Below the pieces are notes generated by a model, which ran no database searches, was not told the origin of the DNA, and was given only the letters and a program-made list of their open reading frames with translations. From assembly GCF_006345805.1 (NCBI RefSeq), contig NC_042999.1, positions 147,684,001 through 147,748,000 on the forward strand: a DNA stretch of 64,000 nt. The letters are read 5' to 3'. Of this stretch, positions 1 through 12,325 are shown in pieces. Every line of letters starts with the position of its first letter. Positions within the stretch are counted from its first letter, which is position 1. Position numbers and translations under genes: made by a program. The DNA comes from Octopus sinensis. Taxonomy: Eukaryota.

Positions 1-43
1 ATGTATCTTCATATGAATTATATTTATATATGTGGGTGTGGGA

Positions 44-79
<36 letters not shown>

Positions 80-528
80 CAGACCACGAAACATAGTTGA
101 AATTTCTCCTATATATATATATATATATATATAAATATATATGTGTGTGTGTGTGTGTATGTATGTATGCATGTATATATGTATATATGTATATGTATAT
201 ATATCTATATATATTATTATTAATTATATATATATATATACATATGTCTATCTATTTATCTGTCGATCTATCTTCCTCACATTCTATCAATTAATCTATG
301 TGTGTATGTATGTATGTATGTATGCATGTATGTATGTATGTATGTATGTAGGCAGGCATGTGTGTGTGTGTGCATGTGAGTGTGTAGGGGTGAATGTTGT
401 TTGTGGCTGTGTATTACATCTTAGCTGCCAGATATTTCAGTTTTGTTCACAAGTTTTATACATACAGAAACACCATACACATATATATATGTAGCTATAT
501 AAATATATATGTATACATATGAATATAT

Positions 529-573
<45 letters not shown>

Positions 574-577
574 ATTA

Positions 578-612
<35 letters not shown>

Positions 613-714
613 ACATATATTATATATATATATATATTTTATATCTATATATATATATTTACATATATACATATGTGAGTTTGTGGATGGGTCACTCAAC
701 ATATTTCGTAGTCG

Positions 715-750
<36 letters not shown>

Positions 751-1353
751 TTTAATCCAGTTTGATCTGATACCATGCAACTTAAGGTTATCTAAGCCTG
801 AAGTGCCAGGTTCGCATAACACACACACACACATACATACACACACACACACACACACGCGCGCACGCACGCACACACATACACACATATATATTTATAT
901 ATATATATGTTTGTGTGTGTATGTATGTATGGCTGGCTGGATGTATATGAGTGGATTTGTTGGTATTAGATTTATTGGAACATGACGTATATCTTCAGGT
1001 ACCTTGAAATTTCCAGAATGTGAAAGAATTCATCCAGTCATAAAGCAAATTCTATGTACCTACAATCCCGTGCACGCACGCACACGCCAAAAGATTTAAT
1101 CATTTGATAGAATCTTTGTTCAAAACAAAACAACCGAAACACACGGAACATATGTTGCAATGGCAAAGTACAAAGATCTAAGCGTCTTAGTACCTATATC
1201 AGATGACAATAGTTGTAGTTCTCATCAGTTTATGCAAGCTTTATCGATATAAAGACCGGATCAAAATATTTAAATACAAATACGTTCATTTGATTCATCC
1301 AAACCACAACCTACTTGTTTGAGTGTATGTATTCATATGTGCGCGTGTATAGA

Positions 1354-2255
1354 TTGGGTCATCCCGTAAATAATGCTATTTTTTCAATTGCATGAACTAA
1401 AAGTCAGATGGGGATAGATTAAACTACCCACATCAACTTGCTATAAATGCAGGTAGTAATTTTACCATGTTCTTATTCTTAGTGCATGTTTTGAAGAGAG
1501 CAGTTCTATTTTAACAGTTATTTTTTCAACGCTATAATGGAAGTGACAAACGGGCATGTTCGGCATATTTTGCTTTATGGGTTCAATAAAGGCAACAACG
1601 CAGTGGAAAATGCGAGGAATATTAATGCAATATATGGGGATCAGACAATAAGCCTCAGCCAGTGTCAACGGTTGTTCCAGTAAATCAGAGCCGGAAAATA
1701 CAGCCTAGAAGCCGATCCCCGCCTTGGAAGATCTGTAGAGTGCGACGAGGATATGCTGCAGATCCCATCTTAATTGTTGAGAAACTAGCAGAGAAGCTGG
1801 GATTTGGTCATTCATCTATTCATCGACACCTGCACTAGTAAAAAAACGATCATCTTTCGCTGGAAGACGAAAAGGTGTTCTTCCATCAGAATAATGCTCG
1901 GCCACATACAGAGAGGATGACATTCCAAATGCAGGAGCAGTTTGAAACGATTCCCCATCCCTCATATTCGCCGAACATTGCCCCATCTGATTATCATTTA
2001 CTTCACACTCTTCAAAATTATTTGGACGGAAACAATATGAATTCTATAGACGAGGTCAGAACAGTAATGGAGGAGTATTTTTCCTCAAGGACAAATGAAT
2101 TTTAGAAGACAGGCCTTGCAAGTTAACCAAACAAGAGAAAGAGCATTGTAGAAAATGAAGGAGTGCATATTTTAGATTAAAAAAGATATTTGTTTTTTCT
2201 TAATTTTGAAAAATAATAGAAGTACAAAAAAAACATTATTTATGGGATGACTCAA
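1354..2255 (+). mobile_element. Internally deleted mariner element with both TIRs
   Basis: Left TIR ttgggtcatcccgtaaataatg (from 1354) and right cattatttatgggatgactcaa (2234-2255) are reverse complements at 20/22. Transposase remnants lie between them. Confidence 0.9.
1537..2180 (+). pseudogene. Mariner transposase pseudogene (N-terminal HTH plus C-terminus, middle deleted)
   Basis: Hand translation from ATG 1537 gives MEVTNGHVRHILLYGFNKGNNAVENARNINAIYGDQTISLSQCQRLFQ*IRAGKYSLEADPRLGRS (mariner HTH-like). ORF 1875-2105 has FHQNNARPH and HPSYSPNIAPSDYHL (HDNARPH and YSPDLAPSD motifs). Contains stops and frameshifts. Confidence 0.9.
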
Positions 2256-3701
2256 TTCATTGATGCTATACATGCGTAAAAACTGTGAAAATGCATACAC
2301 TAAGAAACCTGTTTCTATATAACATTAATAATTTTAAACAAATCTTCATTTGCACTGTGTACAGATGTAGATCGATTGTTCATATATTTATCCATAATAC
2401 GCTTGCGTAATTCAAACGCAAAATATATTTCTCTTTTTTAAGATGACAATGTGTTTAACATGCTTGGCTCATTGGCGTACGTGATTCTGGGGCAACGGTG
2501 TTTCGATATGTGGTGTCTCGTCAGCCAGTGGCACCCGGACCTACGACTCTACATCAAACTGCAGGCTTTGTTTATACTTTCAGCGAACAATTTTTTTTTT
2601 CTGATCGATGCTTATATCTGCTAACCAATCCATATGGTGCAAGTAGTAACTTTCACTAATCTCACTGAATAACTAATATACTTTGCATCAGCCATTCAAC
2701 ATGTGGAGCTGTATAAGGGGTGTCAACTGTTTCGGTATAGAGAACTGAAAGAAGAGTGCTAGGACAGAAGTAAGAGAAGGGAGTCATCCCTACTGTGCCG
2801 GTAGACTATTTAAATAATGACATTCAGTTGTGTTGAATATACAGAGCGCTACTAGAAGCCTATAAGTCAATGAAGCCACCGTTACACCAGCAGTAACTAG
2901 TCAAAGAAGGAGCGTACATACGGTACGACTCACACATCGAGTCCTTTAAACATTCAGATAAGAAATCAACAACAACGACCCTTGTGAAGAGAGTTTGCGA
3001 ACAAAATGAAAATGGAATATCGTTTAAAATCCAATATAAAATTCTGGTTAGGTCTAGGCCGTATATTAGAAGAACAAATAGATGCGCTCCGGATAATACA
3101 CCCATTAAAATTCAATAACATTGAACAATAAGAGTGAGATCTTCTGAGGATGCTTGTACATCATATCTGTAGGAAGATATAGAGCAATGATCATTCAGAA
3201 CACACTAAACCTATACATACCCACTTAATCAGCTGTGTAAATTAATTCTAACCCACCCCCCACACACACGCATGTAAATACACACCTCAGCTTATAACCA
3301 TAAAAGATTAAAAATGATATTTAACAATAATGAGTGGCACATATATAAAACGCAGACACAAACTGCACATACACGCAGAGGATTCTCCTCTGACTATAAC
3401 AAGAGTTAGGTCACCAAATACATTCTCTACCACGTGATCTCAAGGTAACATTGCCATCTTAGATTATTTTCATCGAATATAGTTTAACGCTGCGCTTATA
3501 TTTTTCTCAGAAAATTGCAATTCTACATATATATAAGTCCTGCGATGGCTTAACTGGCCGAGAATACGAAGTCACAATGTAAACAAGAATAAACTTGAAC
3601 TCTACAACAAGAGTATTGAGTAACAACGCACATTAATGTAAAATTATTTGTCTTATGTCTAAACATAAGCAATATGAATACATGCGCGCGTATATAAGTG
3701 C

Positions 3702-3746
<45 letters not shown>

Positions 3747-3975
3747 TTGTGTGTGTGTGTGTGTGTACATATGTATATGTGAATATATATGTACGTATGC
3801 GTATGCATGTATGTATATGAGCATATATATATATATATATATATATATAACATCTATCTGTTTAGCATACATATATATGCAACATTAGTAGTTTGACACA
3901 CTGTAAGCAAAATATATGCGTATGTGAATTTGCAAGCACATGTTTGCGATGCATGTATGAGTGTGTATGTACATG

Positions 3976-4035
<60 letters not shown>

Positions 4036-4364
4036 ATATATATACACTCACACGCACACACATTCATACACATATACGTATATTTATTTATCACTGTATC
4101 AGTCTATCTACCTATCTCGCTCTCTTACCCTCATGGTAATCTACTAAATGAAAAGCTCTCCTCCATGCTTATCGAGCCAATATTTTCTCTGGTTTATGTG
4201 AAGGAACATTTTATCTTTTTCTGTTATTCCTACCCCATAAACTTTTAAGATTTTCGCTAAAATATAAGCTAATGTCTCAGGTGATAACAGACAGTGTTAT
4301 TTATTGCATTTAGTTGTCTATGCGTTACGTTTTATTCATTGATACTATATATATATATACATAC

Positions 4365-4411
<47 letters not shown>

Positions 4412-4437
4412 ATATTATATATATATATATATATATA

Positions 4438-4482
<45 letters not shown>

Positions 4483-4678
4483 ATAAGTTTATATATATAT
4501 ATATATATTTCACTCTCAGGAGCTGTACACATTTTATTTCAGACAGTTGCATATACGGAAAATATATGCTTACTAAAAGTTTGCAATTTAAAAAAAATAT
4601 ATTTATATAAAATTCAAATTCATAAATCATCGCATCTCTCTATCCTTTTCTTTTTCTCTCTCTCCCTCCCCCTTACTG

Positions 4679-4752
<74 letters not shown>

Positions 4753-4944
4753 AAGAAAGAGAGAGAGAGAAAGAAAGAGAGAGAGAGAAAGAAAGAGAGA
4801 GAGAGAGAGAGAGAGACATCACAGAAGTAAATAGACACCACATAAAATATCGTTTTATGTTTAATCTAACTTATAAATTTTTATATTTTTATTAACTGGC
4901 ATTTTTACGTTTTAAGTTTTGTATATGACTGTTTAATCACACCG

Positions 4945-5917
4945 TATACAAAAGAAGCCTTGGAACTGTCTGAATTTCAAAGAAACCGTATTGTGGGGCA
5001 TTCTGATTGTAGAAATTCTCGGCATCCTGCTTTCTATAGTTAATAGAGTGACTGTGCAATTCACCAGAGAGAGGAAGGAATCTACATTACCTCACCCATA
5101 TCAATGAGGGCTCTCTGACAAGAGAAGTGTGGAGGATATTCCTCGTTGTAAAGCCTTTAACATAGCAGAACAAGCTGATGTCAGTCCCAGGACAGCTGTC
5201 AGGTATCTCCACCAACTTGGTTACTATGGCAGAACAACAAGAAGGAAGCCACTTCAACCAGCCAACATCAAGCGGAGAAAAGCTTGGACCAGTGAGATTA
5301 TAGAGAGGCCACTAACATTTTGGGACACTCATTCTCTGATTGATTAGTCCAGATTTCCTGAATTTCCTGACAGTAGTCGAGTGTGGGTCTGGAGTCTGGG
5401 ATCAAGAATTTGATGTGAAAGGATTGCAGGCAACAATGACACAGAGCAGCTATTCAGTGATGGTCTGAGGAGCAATGGTTAATCTGAGCTGGTGGAGGGT
5501 GGGGGAAACTTAAACTTAGATAAATATGTGTCCATATTGCAGAAAGGACTTCTTCTAATCTCCTCTAGTGGTTAAATGATTAAAGAAGACTCTTTATATA
5601 CGGAAGATGGAGTTCCATGTCACACGCCTAACATAACACAAGTTTTGTTGGATGAGAATGTTATTAAAAAGCTTCCATGGCAAAGCCAGTCAGCAGATAT
5701 GAATCCTATTGAACACCTCTGGGGCATAATGGACACGACACCTCATGAAAAGAACAAGAAGGCATCTTCAAAGCATGACCTTTTGAGATTACCACACGAA
5801 ACTTGGCAAGAAATTCCGCAAGAGAATATTCATCTGATCGGTAACATACCTAATACGGTCCATGCATTGAAAAATGCAAATGGCATGTCAGCTAAATATC
5901 AAATATTTACATTGTAA
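4945..5917 (+). pseudogene. Tc1-family transposase pseudogene
   Basis: ELSEFQRNRIVG at 4963. ORF 5129-5347 has RYLHQLGYYGRTTRRKP. ORF 5576-5917 has EDGVPCH and WQSQSADMNPIEHLW (Tc1 WPxQSPDLNPIExLW motif). Frameshifted, TIRs not recognised. Confidence 0.85.
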
Positions 5918-6180
5918 CAATTAATAAATAATTTGAATATGCATTCTCAGATTTAGATAAATATATTTTTATGATTATAAGTTTGTCTACTTACTTCTCT
6001 ATGTATGTATGTATGTATGTATGTATGTATGTATGTATGTATGTATGTATGTATGTATGTATGTATGTATGTATGTATGTATGTATGTATAGAGAGATAG
6101 AGAGATAGATATATAGATGCATAACACATACATACATACATACACATATATATATATATTTATTTATTTATATATATATA

Positions 6181-6250
6181 TACTCTTTTACTCTTTTACT
6201 CTTTTACTTGTTTCAGTCATTTGACTGCGGCCATGCTGGAGCACCGCCTT
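6181..6250 (-). mobile_element. 3' tail fragment of SINE family A
   Basis: tactcttttactcttttacttgtttcagtcatttgactgcggccatgctggagcaccgcctt matches the tails of the full copies at 16.6, 29.7 and 56.1 kb. Confidence 0.85.
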
Positions 6251-7033
6251 ATATATATATATATATATATATAATGCTGTTAGCTTAGGTTTTCGGGGCT
6301 GACCAGATTGAAGCAATCTCAACATTAATCAGCCGAAATTGCGAGGATAATCTGGTTCTTGACCTAGGATAGAAAGATCCGAATGACACTTTCTTTTTTT
6401 TCTGTATCGTCTATCTGGATGTTTTGTTGTCCCGTTTTGTATCACCTAGTTGTCCGGATGTTTTGCGTTCTTGTCCCATTTTGTATTTGATACACACACA
6501 CACACACACACACACATACACACACATACATATATATATGTGTGTGTGTGTGTGTGTGTAAGAGATATTGTTATCTAGAAGACTGGCAGATAGTGCTAAA
6601 TAAATGCTCTGGACAGACTGTAGTAAAACTATTGGTTCGATATTGATATGAGTAAGAAGTATAATGTGGGTCCTGTATTAGCATGCATATCTATATATAT
6701 ATATATATATTATATATATATATCTTGCACGGTGAGTTGTTCGTCGAGAAGCGGTGCCTACCATACGTTGATAATAGGCATTACACCTTGAAACCTAGGT
6801 CCCTATCTGGCATCCGCTTCTTGGGGAATGATCTCCCTTTGCAAGATAGAGGACGCCGTGATGGCGTCGGCCTATCTGGTGACGTTGATGTTCGCCTGGG
6901 GCTAAATGCAACAGTGACACCCCCACCACCCTGCCCTGTCCCTAGCCATATTCAGTTGGCTAATGTCCCTTATGTTATGGAGCAGTCACTGTCTATATCT
7001 CATTTAGAGAATTATTATTGCCATATATATATA

Positions 7034-7072
<39 letters not shown>

Positions 7073-7415
7073 ATTCGGGTGAACTGGTTACTTAAAACTT
7101 AAATTGAGGCACCTTGTTGGGTTGATCTAATTCGCACACATCAAAAATATCAATAAATACAAACTCCGTGCAGAAGTGTTTGCCATTACTATTCTTGCAA
7201 TTTATGCAGATAACACGACCCGAATTAGTGCACTCATATATAATTTTATGTATATATATATATAATATATATATATATATATTATATATATATATATATG
7301 ATTAATGTGGTTTAACGCAATCAACAACCAAAAAGGAGTCAGTACACAGTTTGGCTAGAGACAGCAAGTTGTCTATTTACGGGCAAGGGAGACAACCTCA
7401 TTACCACAATTGAGT

Positions 7416-7470
7416 AGCGTTAGATTGGCATGCCAATTTCGCATGTAAGTTAATGCTCATCAGTAATGCT
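7416..7470 (-). ncRNA. Minimal type I hammerhead ribozyme (canonical core, AUC triplet)
   Basis: Minus strand reads agcatta-CTGATGA-gcat(taacttac)atgc-GAA-ATTGGCATGCCAAT-C-taacgct. Helix II is 4 bp with G10.1-C11.1, helix III is a 14-nt palindrome, helix I pairs 6/7. Confidence 0.8.
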
Positions 7471-7832
7471 TAGAGATGTTGGAATGGGGTTAAATTCTAC
7501 TCCGTCAATATCTACAGATTTTAAATGTATATACAAATTTTAATTGGTAATGTGAAAATTATAAAAACAAATTGAGGTGACTAGACGCAATTCAGAACCA
7601 AAGAGTAAATAATTCATCGTGACTAACCAGTGAAGAAAAGTGCAGGGAGCACCAGCATTGCTACATATATAGATATACATATGTGTGTGTGTGTATGTAT
7701 GTATGTATATGTATGCATGTATATGTAGTTACATATACATTTATATTTTTTTCTAGTTTCAGCTCAGAGCTGCGGCCATACTGATGCACCGCCGTTATAT
7801 ATATATATATATATAATATATATATATATATT

Positions 7833-7872
<40 letters not shown>

Positions 7873-7919
7873 TATATTATATATATATATATATATATAT
7901 AGATATATATATACATATA

Positions 7920-7990
<71 letters not shown>

Positions 7991-7991
<1 letters not shown>

Positions 7992-8768
7992 AGAATGAAT
8001 GTTTTTATATATAATGAACGTGAAATACAGGAAGGGACGAACACGGAACACAGACAAATCATTCGAAGCCTTCAATCTTCAGTCAGACACCGAATCATCA
8101 TAGCAAATTTCGGCTGTTCAATTCTGATATTTGCTCCAACTCGGCCAGCCCCAAGAAAAAAAACTAAGCTGTAAGCATTAGATTTCTTGGTAGAAGACAG
8201 GAATGTGAACGCACAAGACGGCTGTGAATACAAGAGACGAAAACGAAATTGAAAACAGTAATGAAAAAACAAAATATATATAACGGTGGTTGTCATACGA
8301 CTTTAGACCAAATGAGACAAAACAACAACAACATAGCAGCTGGCGTAGAAATAATTACCGTTTCGGTAGCGGGGACACATGTTGGTCGAGATACGAAGGC
8401 CAACAGAATGGTTGAAGAAGCAGCAGGTCGCAGGAGAGAGAGAAAGAGAGACAGAGAGAGAGGGAATCAAAGAGGGTGGAAGGCAGGGGACAGAATCAGT
8501 GACCAACAGAGAAGGAGAAAGAAGGGATTAAGGAGGATGGAGGAAGAGAGGGGAAGAATCGGAGGGCGCCAAAAAGTTTGGTGAAGAAGCAATGCGGGTA
8601 GTAAAAGACAGTGTGTATAGAAGTCGTGCAGGGTTTAAAATTGGACAAACAAACGGAGGGGGTGCACGTAACGCCGCAATAATATAAGAATGAATTTTTT
8701 TATATATAATGAACGTGAAATACAGGAAGGGACGAACACGGACACAGACAAATCATTCGAAGCCTTCA
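7991..8768. mobile_element. Non-autonomous element with ~83-bp terminal direct repeats (PLE pseudo-LTR-like), in (TA)n
   Basis: aagaatgaat...aatgaacgtgaaatacaggaagggacgaacacgg(a)acacagacaaatcattcgaagccttca occurs at 7991-8074 and 8686-8768. Purine-rich interior, (TA)n on both sides. Confidence 0.6.
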
Positions 8769-8769
8769 T

Positions 8770-8819
<50 letters not shown>

Positions 8820-9407
8820 CATATATACATGTATGTATACGTAATGTAGATATATATATATACATATATTGTGTATGCGTGGGTGAGTGTGTGCGTGAGA
8901 GGGAGAGAGAAAAAGAAATAAAATACCGCGAAACTGATCGACCAAAAATAAGACAATCAGAATTTTTAGATTGACGCCAAGAGATATGCATATGAAGTAC
9001 ATGGAAGCCTGTTTCCCTCAAAACTATGTCACTATTAATAAATAAATGTTTGCAACATTTCACCCAGAGGCGATACAAACTAATACGTAAGCAATATCAG
9101 TTTGGGTGTGCGCAGTTTCCTTGATTTAATTCACAGATGCGCTCAAGAAAATTAACGTAGATAATGTAAAATTCAAAAATGAGTAGGCGATTTGTACCAG
9201 TTTTATATGTTGTTACGCTACAGTTGTGAGCTTGGCACTTGAAATCTTCAATGGCTTCCAGGGTTCTTCTATCGTTCCATTTCTATTTGTCTCTCTTTAT
9301 TGTTTTCATTTTATCTGTCTTTCTTTCTGTCTTTCTTTACCGTTTCTCTCACATTCTCTCCCAGAAATAAAGCAATTATTTTGAATCGTCTTTCGTTACA
9401 TATATAA

Positions 9408-9475
<68 letters not shown>

Positions 9476-9749
9476 ACGTGCGTGCGTGTGTATGTGTGTA
9501 TGTACGTGTATTGGTATGTATTTTTGAAGTCATACGCATTAATAAACTTTCTAGAGAACATGAAATAATAATTTTTTTGATATAAACTTGATTCCAAACA
9601 TCATAAAAGTTATATATGATAGTATGTAAAATTGGGTTAAAAAACTCAACCTTTTTCGGTTGCCATAAGATAGGAACCTACATCTGTTGTAGACATGACA
9701 CGCCTTCTATCATTGTACCAATATTTACATGCTATTATTTTGAGCATAT

Positions 9750-10300
9750 TCAAGGAGGTGAGCAGAATCGTTAGTACGCCGGGCGAAAGCCCTAGCGGTA
9801 TTTCCTCTGCCGCTACATCCTGAGTTCAAATTCCGCTGAGGTTGACTTTGCCTTTCATACTTTCGGGGTCGATAAATTAAGAACCAGTTACGCACTGGGG
9901 TCGATGTAATCGACTTAATCTGTTTGTCTGTCCTTGTTCGTGTCCTCTCCGTGTTTAGCATCTTGTGGGTAGTAAAGAAATAGGTATTTCCTCTGCAGCT
10001 ACATCCTGAGTTCAAATTCCGCTGAGGTCGACTTTGCCTTTCATACTTTCGGGGTCGATAAATTAAGAACCAGTTACGCACTGGGGTCGATGTAATCGAC
10101 TTAATCTGTTTGTCTGTCCTTGTTCGTGTCCTCTCCGTGTTTAGCCCCTTGTGGGTAGTAAAGAAATAGGTATTTCCTCTGCAGCTACATCCTGAGTTCA
10201 TATTCCGCCGAGGTCGGTTTTGCCTTTCATCCTTTCGGGGTCGATGAAATAAATACTAGTACCAGTTAAGTTCTGAGGTCAAGTCGATGTATTCGACTAG
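9750..10300 (+). mobile_element. SINE family B with 186-bp internal tandem reiteration (2 full units plus a partial)
   Basis: ggtatttcctctg recurs at 9797, 9983 and 10169. B-box-like gagttcaaattcc is followed by gcctttcatactttcggggtcgataaattaag, which resembles the Deu/Nin SINE domain as I recall it. Confidence 0.8.
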
Positions 10301-10361
10301 TCTCCACACCCAGATTACGGGCCTTGTGCTTTCAGTAGCAAAAACTACTTATAGCATATAT

Positions 10362-10540
10362 AAGGTTTTGAGCTGGCGGAATCAGTGCACGCCGGGCAAT
10401 ATGCTTAACGGCTTTTCGTAAGTTTACACATTCTCAGTTCAAATTCTGCTGAGGTCGACGTTGCCTTACATCATTTCGGAGTCGATAAAATAAGTCCCAG
10501 TTGAGTACTGGGATCGATGGAATCGACTATCCTCCTCTCC
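10362..10540 (+). mobile_element. SINE family B, diverged copy
   Basis: gagctggcggaatc...cacgccgggcaa...gttcaaattctgctgaggtcgacgttgccttacatcatttcggagtcgataaaataag aligns by eye with 9750-9920. Confidence 0.75.
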
Positions 10541-10754
10541 CGCATTTCAGACAATTGGAATACTACATTTCCATTGAGTAACATTTGAGTATATTCTAAT
10601 GTGTAGTAAGATATTATTTAATGTTTTCTAACAATTCCTGGTTCACTTTTTTCTGGTATTTATTAACCTACTAGGATTTTGCGTGAAGTTATATTTATAG
10701 TCATTCGGTGTTACAAAAGGATTTCGGGAAGTAAACTTTTCTCCTTTATCTCCT

Positions 10755-11130
10755 ACTAGCAGTATCGCCCGGCGTTGCTCGGGTTTGTAAGGGAAATAAC
10801 TATATAAGCATTTTTAGAGATGTAAAGTATAATAGCCATCTCAATATGGCTAACCACAAAGGGGGCTGTTACTGTAGCTTTTTACGTTCTGAGATTTAAT
10901 AATGCATTTTTAGAGAGTTACTTCCTTTATATAATAGCAAAAAAATGCATTAAAAATGGGAAAAAATGATGGTAAATTTTTTTTAAATCGTAGACGCGCA
11001 CTAATACCCAGAGGAGCTTGATATGAATCACGACTATAAGATACCCGCTTTTGCACCGCAAAATGTGGGAGTAGTTAGGAATCTAAATCGTAGGAGACAG
11101 ACACACAACTTCACTTTTATATATAAAGAT
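10755..11130 (+). mobile_element. Non-autonomous Helitron-like element
   Basis: Starts actagcagtatcgcccggcgttgctcggg (terminal hairpin) and ends gacagacacacaacttcacttttatatataaagat. These termini are typical of invertebrate non-autonomous Helitron-type repeats. Confidence 0.6.
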
Positions 11131-11647
11131 TTTAAACGTTGTAGTTTTAAATTTTTTTGCTTCAACATTAATGAAATTATTAGTGGTGGGGTTTGTTTTC
11201 CTGTATGTGTTAGTTATGTTGTCGGTTAGTAATTTGTCATGTGTGAGGTTATTTACTTCATGAATATTTTGGTTTTGTCTTCTTTACTAAACGTATTTAT
11301 GTATTCCTACGCCTTATCTAGAACTAAGCCTAAGTGGCATCTATAAGGTTTATATTGAATTTCAGGGTCTATGTACGCTGTCAACGCATGACATTCAATG
11401 GTAGTTTATACCTCACTGTGAACTGAAAGATATGATATTTAGCCAACCCTGGTCCCCAACGTGTTGATGCGCCTAGATTCTAATGAATCATGTGACTAAT
11501 CAGTATATGTGTACATGTAAGCATATATGTGTGTGTATGTGTGAGAGAGAGAGAGAGAGAGTGAGCGTGTGTGAATGTGTGTGTTCGCGCGCGTGTATGT
11601 GCATATATGTTTGTGTGAGTGTGTGTGTGTTTGTTGTGCGTATTGTT

Positions 11648-11725
<78 letters not shown>

Positions 11726-12218
11726 AATACACTGTATTATATTACGTTATATAATTTCTGGGAAGTAGTTTTTATTAAATTTGCAAATTCAGTTGAGATA
11801 TAATCAAAAACATTAGTACATGCTTCCAAATACTGCAAGAGACAAAATATTCTTTATTTCATTCTTTCCGATTTCAATTTGTGTTTATTTCTATCTACAG
11901 AAGAGAAAGAATAAATTTTTATTCCATTGTATCACATTTAATTTTGTATTTATTTCTATCATATTTATATTTTATGATCTATACATTGAACTATTTATCA
12001 TATCATGCATTGTAGTTGAATATATTTCAAATTATATAACAAATTTATCAGTCCACTTCATAGTATATAATATCTGTATATATTTGGCGTGTTACTAAAT
12101 TTAAGCATCACGCAAGGAAAGTGTTTTATTGTCTCTTTCAAATCCGTCTCGTAAACTTCAGTACAAGTTTTTCATTTTAGTCATTTTCATAACCAGCTTC
12201 CAATCTTCTGTTTGCATA

Positions 12219-12325
12219 ACGGGGCGAACTGTCGGAATCGTTAGCACGCCGGGCAAAATGTGTAGCGTTATTTCATCCGTCTTTTCGTTCTGCGCTCAAC
12301 TGCCGCCGTGGTTGACTTTACCTTT
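12219..12325 (+). mobile_element. SINE family B 5' fragment
   Basis: ggaatcgttagcacgccgggcaaaatg...gccgtggttgactttaccttt matches the head of the 9750 and 10362 copies. Confidence 0.7.

Noticed and set aside
2487-2528. Minus-strand CTGACGA...GAAAC hammerhead-like spacing
   Set aside because: Helix II is only 2 bp, helix III is mismatched and helix I is out of register. It is decayed or chance.
6291-6350. ctgacca-gattg(aag)caatc-tcaac hammerhead-like relic
   Set aside because: Both core halves are non-canonical (CUGACCA, no GAAA).
9725-10201. 158-aa ORF with an internal 62-aa repeat
   Set aside because: Antisense reading of the 186-bp SINE reiteration.
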